A DNA stretch of 64,000 nt from the human T2T-CHM13v2.0 reference genome, Homo sapiens. Positions 1 to 13,199 of the stretch are shown here, piece by piece; position 1 is the stretch's first letter; each line of letters starts with the position of its first letter. Below the pieces are notes generated by a model. It searched no databases. It saw nothing but the letters and a program-made list of their open reading frames with translations, and was not told the DNA's origin. The position numbers and the translations under genes are program-made. The stretch lies in assembly GCF_009914755.1 (NCBI RefSeq), contig NC_060934.1. One strand, written 5' to 3'.

Positions 1-53
1 TCCTCAGCCTCCCAAAATGCTGGGATTACAGGAATGAGCCACACCATCAGGCC
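1..53 (-). mobile_element. Alu 5' end (element continues left of the window)
   Basis: cctcccaaaatgctgggattacagg...gcc is the reverse complement of the Alu start. Confidence 0.9.
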
Positions 54-574
54 CAATGCTGTTATTTTATTGGCTTTTCTTCATCTGCAAAAGTGTGAAG
101 AAGAAATTAAAATGAGTAAAGGGATGCAGGAAAAGTCTTCCCAAACTGAAAAATAAAGTCAGTTCTTATACAACATTTACCAATGGCTACAACTTGTCTA
201 CATTTTTATTAGGCACACTCTTCAAAATGGTGACTCGAACTGTTGAAAGCAACAATCATACAATAGCTATCATTCTGACAGTATGGAAATCAGTTTGAAA
301 TTTCTGTAAAACATTACACTTACATGTCATATTTGTGTGACAAACCTCTGTTAAATGCTTGCAAGTTTGTAGAATGGTTTATCCACACTATCACATTTAA
401 CATTGATTCTGTGAGAGGGGGCTTATTTTGACCATTTCCAGACAGGAAGCAGGTACTGAGAGGTGTCAGAAGTGGTAAAACCTGAATTTTCCATTCAGGC
501 TTACTGTCTCCCAGGCAAGGGTTCTCAAAAAGCATCTTTGTGTGGGGGTATGAAAGAGATTAGAGATCATACGG

Positions 575-730
575 ATATAAATTCAAGTCTTAATTCCAAC
601 ACCTGACAGGTAACTTTGCAAGCTTTGCTACAAGTATTGTTAAGCTCTCTGAACGTTCTTTGCTGTAAGGTTCTTGTGAGGCTTAAATGAGATAATGTTT
701 ATGAAAGCACCTTGTAAGTATTAATTTTCT
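575..730 (+). mobile_element. MIR fragment
   Basis: MIR core gtgaggcttaaatgagataatgtttatgaaagcac. Confidence 0.65.
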
Positions 731-1409
731 ATCAAAATGTTAACAGTTGTGATGTATTTGCCAAAAGAAAGCTGTACTGATATTTGGAATGGACTTGTGG
801 GAATGATTTTAATGGGAAATAAATTGCCTGTGAAACAGTCCCAATCACGAATGCAAATCCTGCTGGCAAATGTGGCAGAGCCTGGAAAAGACACATTCAG
901 ATATTGTCTCCTTATCCCTCTAATGTCTCTGTGACTAAGGGAGTGTAGCAGCTGCTGCTATTACTATCACTGTCATAATCGTTATTTTTAAACTATTGAT
1001 GGAAAACCCAAGAACAGGAAAGTGTGATGTGCATCTGTCTGTGGTGTGTTTGAAGAGTGTTTACGTGTCTGTGTAAGTTTTAACTCAATGCCCCTAGTAC
1101 ATAGAAAACACTCAACAAATTGTGCTACTATTGCTGCTACTGTTTTTATGCTATTTTATTCAAGAAAGCAAGTTTTAGCATCTGTTATTCAGAGATAATC
1201 TCCAGGTATAAGTAGATTCCTTGGATATCAAGAGACCACAAGGAGAAGTATTTGATTTAATTTGGCAATGGGGATTCATTTGAATAGGTAGAATTAATAA
1301 TGAGTAACGTGATAAAGAGAAAATAACAGTTTTAAAATATTAAATGCAATTTTTGAAGCTGGAAAATTTAGTTGACTATGAGTTGTAAGACTGGGAGTTT
1401 TCAGAGTAG

Positions 1410-1640
1410 CAATAATAATCAGAAGAATTAACATTAGTTGAGCCCTTATGTTACGCACCAGACATTATGGATGTTTTTTGTTTGTATAATCTCATTGGAA
1501 TCTTGCAAAACCCCCATAAAGTTGGCATCACTTAGATTCTTTGATGAAGAAACCACGCACATGGATAGCAAATGGCTGAGTCTGGCTATGAATGCAGGTA
1601 ATTTCACTCCAAATTGGTGTTATTACAACACTATGCTATT
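1410..1640 (-). mobile_element. MIR fragment
   Basis: Antisense MIR-like core (ataatctcattggaatcttgcaaaacccc...gatgaagaaac). Confidence 0.55.
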
Positions 1641-3969
1641 CCCTCTCCCAAAATACTATTGAAGTTTATAGTGAATTAATGTGACCATGGTGTACAGGAA
1701 AGGAGACTTAAGGGGTCCTGTTCTGCACTTTGGTTGTCAAATCACTAGAGGCCAGGGCAAGCAATGAAAGTTACAAATAAATGTTGCCCTGGTGTAAGAC
1801 AATCAGGATGATGAAGACACTTGAGTCCATGTTACATGAGAGCATTTGAAATCATACTTATATAGTCCAATAATATAAATGAGTCATCTTCAATTATTTA
1901 TAGGGCCATCAGATGGAAAAGAAATTGGGAATACATTCTTAAGGGATACTTTTAGGATTATTGGGTGAAAGTTACATGGAGATATCAGCTCTCTCAACAT
2001 ATGCTGGAAATTCCTTTAGAGCAGACAAAACATAACAGTCTGACTCCGGATGTCTTCACATCTAGTCCTGTGTCATCGGTGGTATTTAAGCATCAGTTTT
2101 CTTATCTGTTATGCAGAAGAGCAATTTAGATAAACAATGAGGATAGAACTGGATGATTTTAAATACTCTTCCAAAATTTGCTTTCTGCAACTTTGAGAAA
2201 TGGCCAACTAAGCCTTAATAAGACTCTGTGCTGAGGACTAAAAATTGTGAATATAAGTGTGTTTGCAGATTCCTGCCCCGCCCCCCAAATCAGCTAAAAG
2301 ACTTATGTACCTGTAGCCTGATTTGCTCCCAATTTCTTCCCCTCCATTCTTGCAGGAAGGACAAGGATGCTATTTCCTGCAAGAGAAGACAAATCTGCAT
2401 AACAGAAGGGGCCATAAGACATGAGAATGTAGTGCTGGCTTGTATACCGTGGGTTGAAGTGAATTGAACAAAACCATCTGAGGGTTGTTCAGAAGATAGA
2501 CGGGAAGATGGTTTCAGAAAAGTTTCTGTGACCAAAGTTAATATAGGAAATTCCTCTGATGTTCTTTGAGAAGCAAAAGTAAATAATTGGATGTTTCTTA
2601 AAATACGTTTGGCTGGCAAACTGTGTTTCTTCAAAATAACATCATTCCGGGGTTGAGTCATCCTTTTGGTTTTTTGGGGTAATATGTTAGAGGGCTACCA
2701 TCCAGGATTTTGCATTTCAGCTCCAGCACCCAGCCATACTCAGTCAGGATGAAAGTCATCACTAAAAATGTGAGTCAAAAGTGTATTTTCATCCTTACTG
2801 CCAAGCTGTTGGAACAATGGAACTGATGAGGAAGAGTCCATCAAATCAGGAATTATACAGGAACGCTGAAGAGTTTTCAAGAGGATGATATCCTAGTAAG
2901 ATTTTCATCATTTGAAAGAAGACTCTAGTCAATTATCAAATTTTTCACAAGAAACACAAACCTATGCATGATCTCTAGCTTGAGCAAAACTCAGCAAAGT
3001 ACCTATCCATCATGACATACCAATTTGGAGCTTGTGATTTGTTTTGTTTTATTTTTCTCCTAACTGCCACAGATACCAATTGATATCACATGAATATTGA
3101 GAGAAGTTATGTCCTACCTGAATTGTTTAAGACATTTGTTTTTGCTTCCATGATCAAAATTGCATGATCCATCAGACAGACTCTGGAACAATGATGGTAC
3201 AGGTTACCTGTACACTTAAAGTTAAGACTTCAATGATAGAAAGTAGGCCAAGAGTTGAAACACAACCCGATACCACAGGAATATACCAAATTGTATTATT
3301 AACAAATGTATTCCTCCCCCCCACCCCCCACATCTGTGGAATGGAGAAAACTTCTGTCTGCTTACTTTGGATTTGGTTGGGTACTTGCTCTGAGAAATGG
3401 AATGTGGACAACAGTTACCTTGTGTCAGCTCTGAGTGGAGATGTTGAGGGACATCCATATGTCTTCTGGATCTCCTGCAGCCCTGCTGAGATGAGCACAG
3501 CCAAGTAGGTGGTCCCAGAAGAAGAACAGCTGAGCCCCACTTAAAACCTGGAGAATGACTGAGATAGCCTACATACAAAGTTATGAAAAAAAAACAATAG
3601 TTTTATTGCAGGTATTAAGTTACTTCCAAAAACCCCAAAAAGTTGTCTAATCCATAAGACAATGATAAAGAGGGTTAGAGATAAAGAAATGTCATTGATT
3701 ATGTACAAAACATTTAAGGGACCATATAGCCGATATTTCTTTGAAGAATACTGAAATGAATGTATGATACTGATGGGGTTCTTACACCAAAATTAAAAAA
3801 TAAATCTGTATCATAGCAATGAGGGTAAGCATGCTTGATTTTTGTACTTAAGACTAGAAAAATACTGGGAGCACATAAAGATGCAATGGTGTGCAGAAGA
3901 AAGACTCCTGGTTACTCATAAGCAGTTAATTGAATAGATTTGGGTGCATTTAATATCAATAATTAACTT

Positions 3970-4560
3970 TTTTTACATAATGAATTACCACAAATGTAGT
4001 GGCTTATAACAGCCCTCATTTCTTATCTCACAATTTCTGTGGATCATGAGTCTGTGCACAGATTAACTTTCCTGAGCTCAGAAATTTACAAGGTTCAGGT
4101 CAAGGTGTTGGCCAGAGTATGTTCCCATTTGGAGGTTTCACCATGGAAGGATCCACATCTAAGCTTGCTTAGGTTGTTGGCAGATTTCAGAGGAATGGTG
4201 AGAGGAAGGGAGGTAAGGAGAGAGAAAAGGAGAGAGAATGAGAATGAGAGTTTATGTTCCTTAGAACCTTTAACTTCATGGAAGGTCTGGATCCTCTTTA
4301 AAAGAGCTCATCTGATTAAGTCAGGCCCACCCAGGATAATCTCCCTTTTAATTACCTCAAAATCAGTGGATTAGGAATTTGAATTACCTTGAAAAATCCT
4401 TTCATCTTTACCAAATAATATAATTATGGAAATGATATCCTATCTCTTTTGCCATAGTATATTATTAGAAGTAAGTCACAGTTTCCACAGCATACAAAGC
4501 AGGAGGATTATACAATGCTGTGACTCATTGGGGGTCACCGTCAGGTGTCTATTACAGCAT
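3970..4560 (-). mobile_element. MaLR LTR, MLT1 family
   Basis: aattaccacaaatgtagtggctta..., tctcacaatttctgtggatca, caaggtgttggccag, attaagtcaggcccacccaggataatctccc. Confidence 0.75.
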
Positions 4561-5270
4561 TCAATTAACTACCTTGGATTACATTATTACTCTGCAGAGC
4601 CCCTCAGTTTTCCCATTGATGAAAACAAGCCAGACAGCGGACAAAGAAAGATATGGTGACTTGAAAGTAGGGATGACTAATGAAGTTCAGACCGGAAGCC
4701 CTGTGAGGAGATAGGATGGCTGGGATAAGACAGCTAAAATGTGTTTCTGAAAAGCCACCAAGAAGCCATGACTGATTCACTGTGAGTAAACTGGTTCCTT
4801 AATCTCCATCAGAGACACACAGATGTCCAGAGACAGGATCATTCCCAGGTTGGAAATAGGCCCCTCTAATTTGCTAACACTGTGGTGGGGCTGGGCAGGC
4901 ACCCCAGAGTATCTATCTATTTACACATCAGAGACCCCAGGAAGGATGGGAAGTGTGGTTGGGTTTCAATATTGGCTAGGAGAGACATCTAGTGGCAGCT
5001 GGAAACTGGGAGGGTTGTCATCTGGTAAGCACATACCCTTTAGCAAGTGAATGCACAGAGATTCTTAGTGGGGTTGCTGATGGTGTGTTTCTTCTGCAGA
5101 GAGTCATTCATCCACCAATTTCCAGTTGTGAGAAAAGATATTTAGAAGATCATAAACAGGCTACATCTGGTAATATTTTCAAAGGCACCTAAGAATATTT
5201 ATATTCCTCTAAGGAGGTGTGCTATCATTAGAAATAATTGTAACTTCTGGGAGCCACATTGTATTTTGGA

Positions 5271-5288
5271 GTGTGTGTGTGTGTTTGT

Positions 5289-5347
<59 letters not shown>
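5271..5347. repeat. Compound microsatellite (TG)n(GA)n
   Basis: Directly visible. Confidence 0.95.
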
Positions 5348-5353
<6 letters not shown>

Positions 5354-7559
5354 CAAAGACTGACCGGGAGAAGATTATGATATGGTAAAACGTATACAGA
5401 TAGAAAGAAGGAAGGGAAGGAGGGAGAGAGGGAATTATAATGCTCTGGCCTCTCCACACTCTTCCCAGTCTCTCAAGACAATGCTTTTTGTTTTTGTTTT
5501 TTTTGCTAGCTTGATTTTGCCTTCCCCACTCTCTAAGGTCTATAGCTTCCTGCAAAAATGGAATTTAGAATTTTGAGATATCTTTAAAACTGAGCAGAGG
5601 AAGGTGGGGCTTGAGAAAAGGGAAAAAAGTGAAAGATAAGAAAACTAAATTGATCTATGTAGTACAAAGCTGAGAGGGTCGGGAGAAGTAGGGATAAAGA
5701 GCAGCGATGATGCAGTGAAGGATGGGCTGCAGGGATGAGCAGAGCTTTGAGTGAGGGGCTCTCATTAGCCTGAGGTGAGAGGAGGTTGTGAAGGAAGGAA
5801 AAGAGAGGAGTGTTGTTGAGTTTATTTTAATATAATTAAGATTTTCTGACAGATACAAGTTAAATATTGGAATTATTTTAATTATTATTTTGACTGGTTT
5901 CATCCTAGCAACTAGTTAAAAGCCCACATGGTGGATGTCCAATTACTATTTCTGAATAAATGAATATTATTAGTTGCCATCCTCAAAGGCCAGGTTGTAC
6001 CAGTCTAGGCACAGTCAATATGAACCATTTGCAGAACATGATGGTAGCTGATGCCACAGTGAAAACAGAGCCCAATGGTCTGGCAATGCTGCAAATCTAA
6101 GGCAGGTATCAGAATTTTCCACTGTGACCTCAACACACCTTTTCAATCAATCCAATTTAACATACAGTTAATGGTGGCTTATCTCATTCAGTTCACTGCA
6201 ATAGTTCATGTTAGATTACAAAGATGAAAAAAAGGCACAGGAAGCCCTCAAAGTCAAGGTGTTTAAATATAACAGGTGTTTCAAATACATCTGTCCAATA
6301 AGACCTGTTCCTTCAAAGATCGAATAATTCCCATCATTTGTTTTGTTTATTGATTTATGCTCCAGTTCTTTTATCTACTTGAAATTTTTTCTTCCCCCCT
6401 GTTTACTCTTCTTCATTTCTAAGGCTCATCCCCAAACTTTTCTCATCTGTAAAATTAGCATTTTTGAATCTTAGAAGGTTCTGAGGCTCTTCCTGACTCT
6501 CTCCTAAAACTTCCCACGGTGTTCTCTCATCACGAAGTTGTGGCTGATATGAAGCCTTCATGTGCAAGCACTGTGCCTCACGCCACAAGCTCAAGGCTCC
6601 AGGCAGTTTAGGTCTCTTTCTGGACTCACCACAGAACGGCCTCTGCTCCTCACTGGCAGCAGCTTTCTTTCTCAGGCTTTTGTACCCGTTCGTGTGCTTG
6701 CGTCCTGTTTGCCTATTTGCTTTCCAGACTACAAGCCTTTTGAGGAAAACATACTGTCTTATCTCCCTGGACATTTTAAAGAAACATTCAAATATAAGGG
6801 AAGGGAATGCTTTAGTTATTAAATCTGGCAGGAAATCAGTTTGGCAGAGATTTAGCAGTAGTTTGTGTTACTGAAAGTATCTGAAATAGTAAAATTGAAT
6901 TTCTTTGGAATTCTTCCATTATTTAAAAGTTTTGAAATTCAAGTGAAATGGAGTTTTCCTCAATTACTCCCAATTAGTAATGTTTAGTTTCATGTATAAA
7001 CTATATAAACATGCATTACCAAAGGATAATAAATTCTGTGGGCTTTTCATTGCTTCCTTGTCATGAGATTTTGTTATAAGAAATACTATGTTTTCCCCCC
7101 TCCTAGCCTGAAGGGAAAGACTTGACTGCAAGTTGTTTTATTCAAAAGAATAGCAGCCGTTTGAACTCAGCGGGGAGGAGCAAGTGTTATTATGAACATT
7201 CCATTCTCTTACCTTTTCATCCTCTAAGTTAGTGATCTCTCTGTGTTTACATGTTGATTGGTAGAGTTTGAGGCAGTTATATTGGAATTGGATGGGTGTT
7301 TGTGGCTCAAGTATTTGAAATATAAAGTAAGTGTTTCATTATTGATTCCCTGCCTACTTCTAAAAATTAAAATAGGACAAGATACAATAAACAAAGGGGG
7401 TAAATAAGACTACTAAACAAGGGTAAAGAAGCAAGAATTCGATAATGTCCTAGCATGCCCAGCTAGGAAAGATGGGGATTTAAATACCAGGGAGCTGACA
7501 CTCTGCCAAGTGAGGTTGTTTAAAGAGCTAAGTAGAAGAAGGCAGGATAATCCACCTGG

Positions 7560-7880
7560 GATGCTTTCTCCCCCTTTACATTGATAATGTCTGCCATCTC
7601 AGCCTAAAAGTTACTTTCTTAGAAGAGACTTTCTTATACCCCCAGACAAAGTCAGGCTTACCTCTTAAATATTCTCCTAGGATTATTTCTCTTTATTTTA
7701 TAGAAGTCTTTATAGAAATCTACATTGATATGTGTGACTATTGGATTAATATCAGTATGATCCTCTAGAGTATGAGAATGTGCCTGTCTTCTTTATTGTA
7801 TTTCCATTGTGTTGCCAAGCATCAAGATTGGCAAAAGGAAAAGCAAGATAATTGTTGAATAAATGCTATTGAATGAATGT
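7560..7880 (+). mobile_element. L2 3' end
   Basis: L2-like body ending in gttgaataaatg...tgaatgaatg. Confidence 0.6.
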
Positions 7881-8020
7881 GGGGAAAAAATAAAGAATGG
7901 GGGAGCAGAGATACTTAAAAAGAATCCCATGAGTGAAGCAAAGTCAAGCCAGAAAAAAAAATTAGCAAGGAACAACTCCAATTACAAAAGTGGGATTGAG
8001 TATATAAGAAAAGAAAATTA

Positions 8021-8368
<348 letters not shown>

Positions 8369-8780
8369 TTAAGTCAGCATATACAATACAGTGGGGGTAA
8401 AAATCAGAAACAAAGACTATGGGAATCTTGTCTACAACTGAATACAAGATTTACCTGAACATTATTAATAGTCAAGGAAAAGAAGAAAGTATAATGAATT
8501 CCAGGGAAAAATATAGTACCAAATTCTAGAGAAATTTACTGTTGATGTATATAGCAGGAAGAGAGGAAACTAAAAAATAGTTATTCTTAGACTGTAGACC
8601 CAACAAATCACAACTCAGCCTTCCTCTCTCACTGCAAAAAGCAAAGTGTAGAAATATTGGTTACATCTCATAAAGAATGGCTGTTAATGCCTCAGGAGAG
8701 AAAATGCTTATGTTGCAGGGAGAATTCATAGAAAAGTCCTTATAATCAAGTCATTAAAGTGATGTTATAATTAACCATTT

Positions 8781-8827
<47 letters not shown>
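8781..8827. repeat. (TA)n(CA)n(TA)n microsatellite
   Basis: Directly visible. Confidence 0.9.
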
Positions 8828-9339
8828 GCCAGGACATTGAAGCAAAGACTGGCTGCTGTCCATTTACAAAAGGGACTGAGTGCCCTACAGTGAACTGAAA
8901 GGATGAGAGTCAAGATACACAAATTTCATCCAAAGACAATGGACCATTTTGGGGGGAAGGAGCCAGACTAAGAACTTCGAGGTGTACAGCTCCTTTATTC
9001 TTTCCATACAAATGCTCCATGGATGAATGTCAAGAATCCTCACAGAATTGAGTTGCCCTATAGAGGGAGCCACTTTGATGTCTTCTGGGCCTTCATCTGA
9101 AAGAGACAGGGTTTCAATGCCTGGCTCTGCAAGCCCATTTTATTGAAGATGACACATGTCTAAATGGATGTGACACGTATCTGTGGAAGAATTTAAAAGG
9201 AGCTGTGACCTACAGTTCCATGAGAATTAGTAGGGGCTCACTTTGTAATGGTTATTGTGACTTTATTTCTGCCCCTGCCTAAAGGTTAACTTACCTATAA
9301 TTGTCAAATATTTTCTTTTCTGAAACTATTATTTTAATG

Positions 9340-9580
9340 ACATGTTATCTTCATACTACATGCCAAAGGGCATATGTGCTATCTACAGGCATTATGATAG
9401 TTGCTCTTCTCAACGATCATATGGAAAAAGCATTATTATTCTCTTGTACAGATGAGAATCTTAAATTTACAGACACGCTATTGCTTTATCCACAACTTCA
9501 CACTTAATGTGACACAGAGCTGGGATTCAAGCTCACGTCTTTGTTTGAAGTTATTTCCAACAGACCATTCTGGCTCTCCC
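9340..9580 (-). mobile_element. MIR
   Basis: cttgtacagatgagaatct...cacagagctgggattcaagctca. Confidence 0.6.
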
Positions 9581-10107
9581 AGACATGCATTTATATTCAA
9601 GACAAACCAAAACATAACATTTGGCTTACACTGAATCATTTATCTTTGTCTTTTGGCACTGTGATTATGTAGCATTTATAAACTCTCTGTCCAGTCAGGC
9701 AAAAACTTGCACTTCTGTGCTTTGATTTAGTGCACTGGGTCCCACTATCAAAGTTACTAGGCTTGCAAATGGTCATAATCTGAGTCTAGATTTCTAGGTT
9801 TATGCTTCTAAATCACTTGGCAGAGAAAACAGTTAGTGTTAGAAAAGGAATCAGAGGTAAGATGGGCTGAACAGCCATCACACATCAATGAGAAATGAAG
9901 TGGTTTGATTTTAGTGTGGATTGTAAACAAAACACACACACACATGCACACACACACAGAAGATTAAGCTAGGATGTAACTGATTTAAATAGGTATCCTC
10001 CAGGAAAACATTAAACGTCATAATGGCCGTTATATAAAAGTTGAAAATTTTTGACACAGTGTAACTTACTCTTTTGGTAAAGTAATGTTTAGAAATAAAA
10101 TAATTTA

Positions 10108-10261
10108 TAGCCAGCCGTAATGGCATGCACCTGTAGTCCCGCTACTCAGGAGGCCGAGACAGGATAATTGCTTGAACCTGGGAGGCGGAGGATGCAGTGA
10201 GCCAAGATGGTGCCACTGCACTCCAGTCTGGGTGACAGAGTGAGACTCTGTCTCCAAAAAA
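10108..10261 (+). mobile_element. 5'-truncated Alu (right arm) with 17-bp TSD
   Basis: Right-arm sequence flanked by AGAAATAAAATAATTTA at 10091-10107 and 10262-10278. Confidence 0.92.
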
Positions 10262-10809
10262 AGAAATAAAATAATTTAACTACAATTTCAGTTTTCAAAA
10301 ACATATGACTACAAAGTATAATGCAGTCTTCAAATCTTCCATAGGCAGAATCCAATTTAAACTATAAAAATCACATTTTTGATCAGAGGAAAATCTTTGA
10401 TTTCTTTTTGTTTTCCATATGGCTCAAGGGTATATTTAATAAGAATTTGCTTTATACCTCAGATTTTTCTATAGTGCTACATGAATACAATGCTTGTGGA
10501 TGAATTGCATATATCATACATAATCTTCACTTAGGAAATAGTCTGTCTCCTGAGACCTCTAAATCCCTAAGAATTTGAAGGCAAGTTGTGTCCCATTGAA
10601 GTCTGTTTGTTTTGTATCATGTTAAGTCATATTTGATTTACATTGAAATTTTCACCTGGAACTTGGACATTTGTAGAGATAAAGTAGGCATATTTAGAGT
10701 TTTTATTCCTTTATCTTTCAACGGACCTATTTTAAAGGGTAACAATAATACCAAATGTAAATAAACATAAGCAAAACGTTAATTTGGCACTTTTTGTTTA
10801 TATAGGCAT

Positions 10810-11020
10810 TTGTCTTTTCTGTGAGCCACAAACATGCGTATCCAATGGGCCTTTCCCACTCAATATTCTCCAAACCAAATTCATAAACTCATCACCATCC
10901 AGCACCTGTATTCTCAGAGATGGCACCATCATATATTCAGTACATCAAATCAGAATTCTAGTAGTCATACTTAATGTCTTTCTTCCCCTTATCCTTGATA
11001 TCCAGCTTATTGTCCTTGGA
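10810..11020 (+). mobile_element. L2 fragment
   Basis: L2-like motifs (atggcaccatc...cagaattctagtagtcatactt...ctttcttcccct). Confidence 0.55.
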
Positions 11021-12925
11021 ACCCAATTTGTCCTTGAACTATAAAAATCTTCTCTGATGTTGCAGGAGAAGAGGAAGCAAAGACAGGGAGAAGACCTTGA
11101 CTCCCTCCCTAAGAGTTGCCTTCTGTGGTTAATGCTTACTACATTTACCTAACAAAGCATGAATACACTTTATGCACATTTGAAATAATACTATATAAAA
11201 TGGTAATACAATCTTAATTTATGCACAAAATGTGAAGTAATGTGAATCTAATAAAATTAACAATTCACTAAGAATTGCATAATTACAAACCTGAAAAATT
11301 GAGTGAACTGTAAGTTGTATTTATCCCACTGCAACATGGCAGGGCCATTTTAGTTGCTAAAGAAATCTACCTATGATCTTTACCTCATTTATTGTTAAAT
11401 TATGTGATTTTTAATTAATAGGAAGGCAGGAAAGCATTTTTCCCTTAAAATGTGGCAGCATTGTAATTGTGTATTTGTGAGAAAGACCTTTTTTTCAGCT
11501 AACATGAAAATCTTCAATGGCATTTTTTTATTTGGTAGTAAAGCCTTCTGGTAAAATTTTGTTCCATCTTTAAGTCTTCTTTATGAGCCAAATCTTTAAC
11601 ATGAAAACAAAACAAACAAACAAAAAAACAACAGGGAGAAGGACAGGGAAGAAACAGGGAAAATTATATGATGCAACACAGCTTGTAATTCCCTGCACAT
11701 TTGTTACTTGGGAATTTATTTGAACTAGGCTTTCTTGAGCATTTAAAACGGCATTTTGGTGTTGTTTCTGGCTGAGTTAAAATTTATTCTTAGCATTTAG
11801 TTGCTGCAGTTTCACACAATGGGGATCTGGCAATCAGGTACTCTTAACAGGCTTATTATTGGGAGTTTTAATCAGATTTTGAATGTTAAAGCAACCTCAA
11901 TTTGGCTTTACAGGGTATCTGAGAAAAATGTACTTATTTCCACTCCCTAGTTCCTATAACGATGCTTTTTTATTTTTATTTTTTGTAATTGATGCTGTAT
12001 GGTCAGATATTCAATTTGCATATGGGTTGCATCCGTTGAATCTCATTATGAATTGATCAAGTTTGGCTTCATAGATATCTTCACAAATGTAGAAAGCCAA
12101 TTGTGTCCCTCATCTCTCATACAATAATTATCTGGTTGTCAGATCATTCTACCTTTTCTTTCATTTTCCAAGAGGAACTCACAGACCTTGTAATAAATTC
12201 TCTCAGAACCACCTCGTCCACTCCTTGGGCTCTGGTGGCCTATCTGAACTGCACTTAGCGTTATCTATGTTCCACCTAAATCTGTAAGTCTGTCTTATGA
12301 TCTCTCATGGAAGGCATCACTCACCTTCTATATTTTGGTCCTTAATGCTCTTTATATCTTTTCATTGTTCATAGCTGAGAAGTGGGGAAAAGATAACTAC
12401 ACCGGGTTGCATAATATGCAGATAATTCTAATTAAACCATCAACTTCCTTTTTGGAAATATAAAGTTTTTCTGAAAATGAAAGGAAGTTATAATACATAC
12501 TTTAAAAAATGCAAATTTCAAAAACCAGGGAATGGAATTGTTTGTGACATCAAAATAGCAAAAACAGTATCAACTAATTAGCTCCATTTCATATGCTATA
12601 AAGAATATTAAATTAGGTAGCTTTTCTCCAGTAATGATTACAACATGTCAGTAACTCTTTGAATCCCTTAGTATTATTATTTCATTAATATTGACATTAA
12701 CCATATAAAATAAAAATTATAATTATTTCAACCACCCTACAGTCAAGGTGGTTGAAACAGAGAGATTTTAATAAATCATCATGAAGCTGCAGGTAGTGGA
12801 GCCAGGGTCTTCCATCAAAGCCGTATGGCTCCAGAATCATCTGTTAAGCTGATTCCCTGCAAGTGGCAAATAAATATATTAGTACTAGTCCAGGTTGTAT
12901 GATCTTTGAGAAAATCCTCATGTGC

Positions 12926-13199
12926 CCTGTGTCCATGTGTTCTCATTGTTCAATTCCCACCTATGAGTGAGAACATGCGGTGTTTGGTTTTCTGTCCTTG
13001 CGATAGTTTGCTCGGGGAACATCATACACCGGGGCCTGTCATGGGGTGGGGGAATGGAGAAGGGATAGCATTAGGAGAAATACCTAATGCAAATGATGAA
13101 TTAATGGGTGCAGCAAACCAACACAGCACATGTATACATATGTAACAAACCTGCAGGTTGTGCACAGGTACCCTAGAACTTAAAGTATAATAATTAAAA
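12926..13199 (+). mobile_element. Short 5'-inverted primate L1 (L1PA5-like) with 15-bp TSD
   Basis: Antisense L1 at 12926-13013, sense 3'UTR at 13014-13199; TSD AAAATCCTCATGTGC at 12911-12925 and 13200-13214. Confidence 0.93.
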
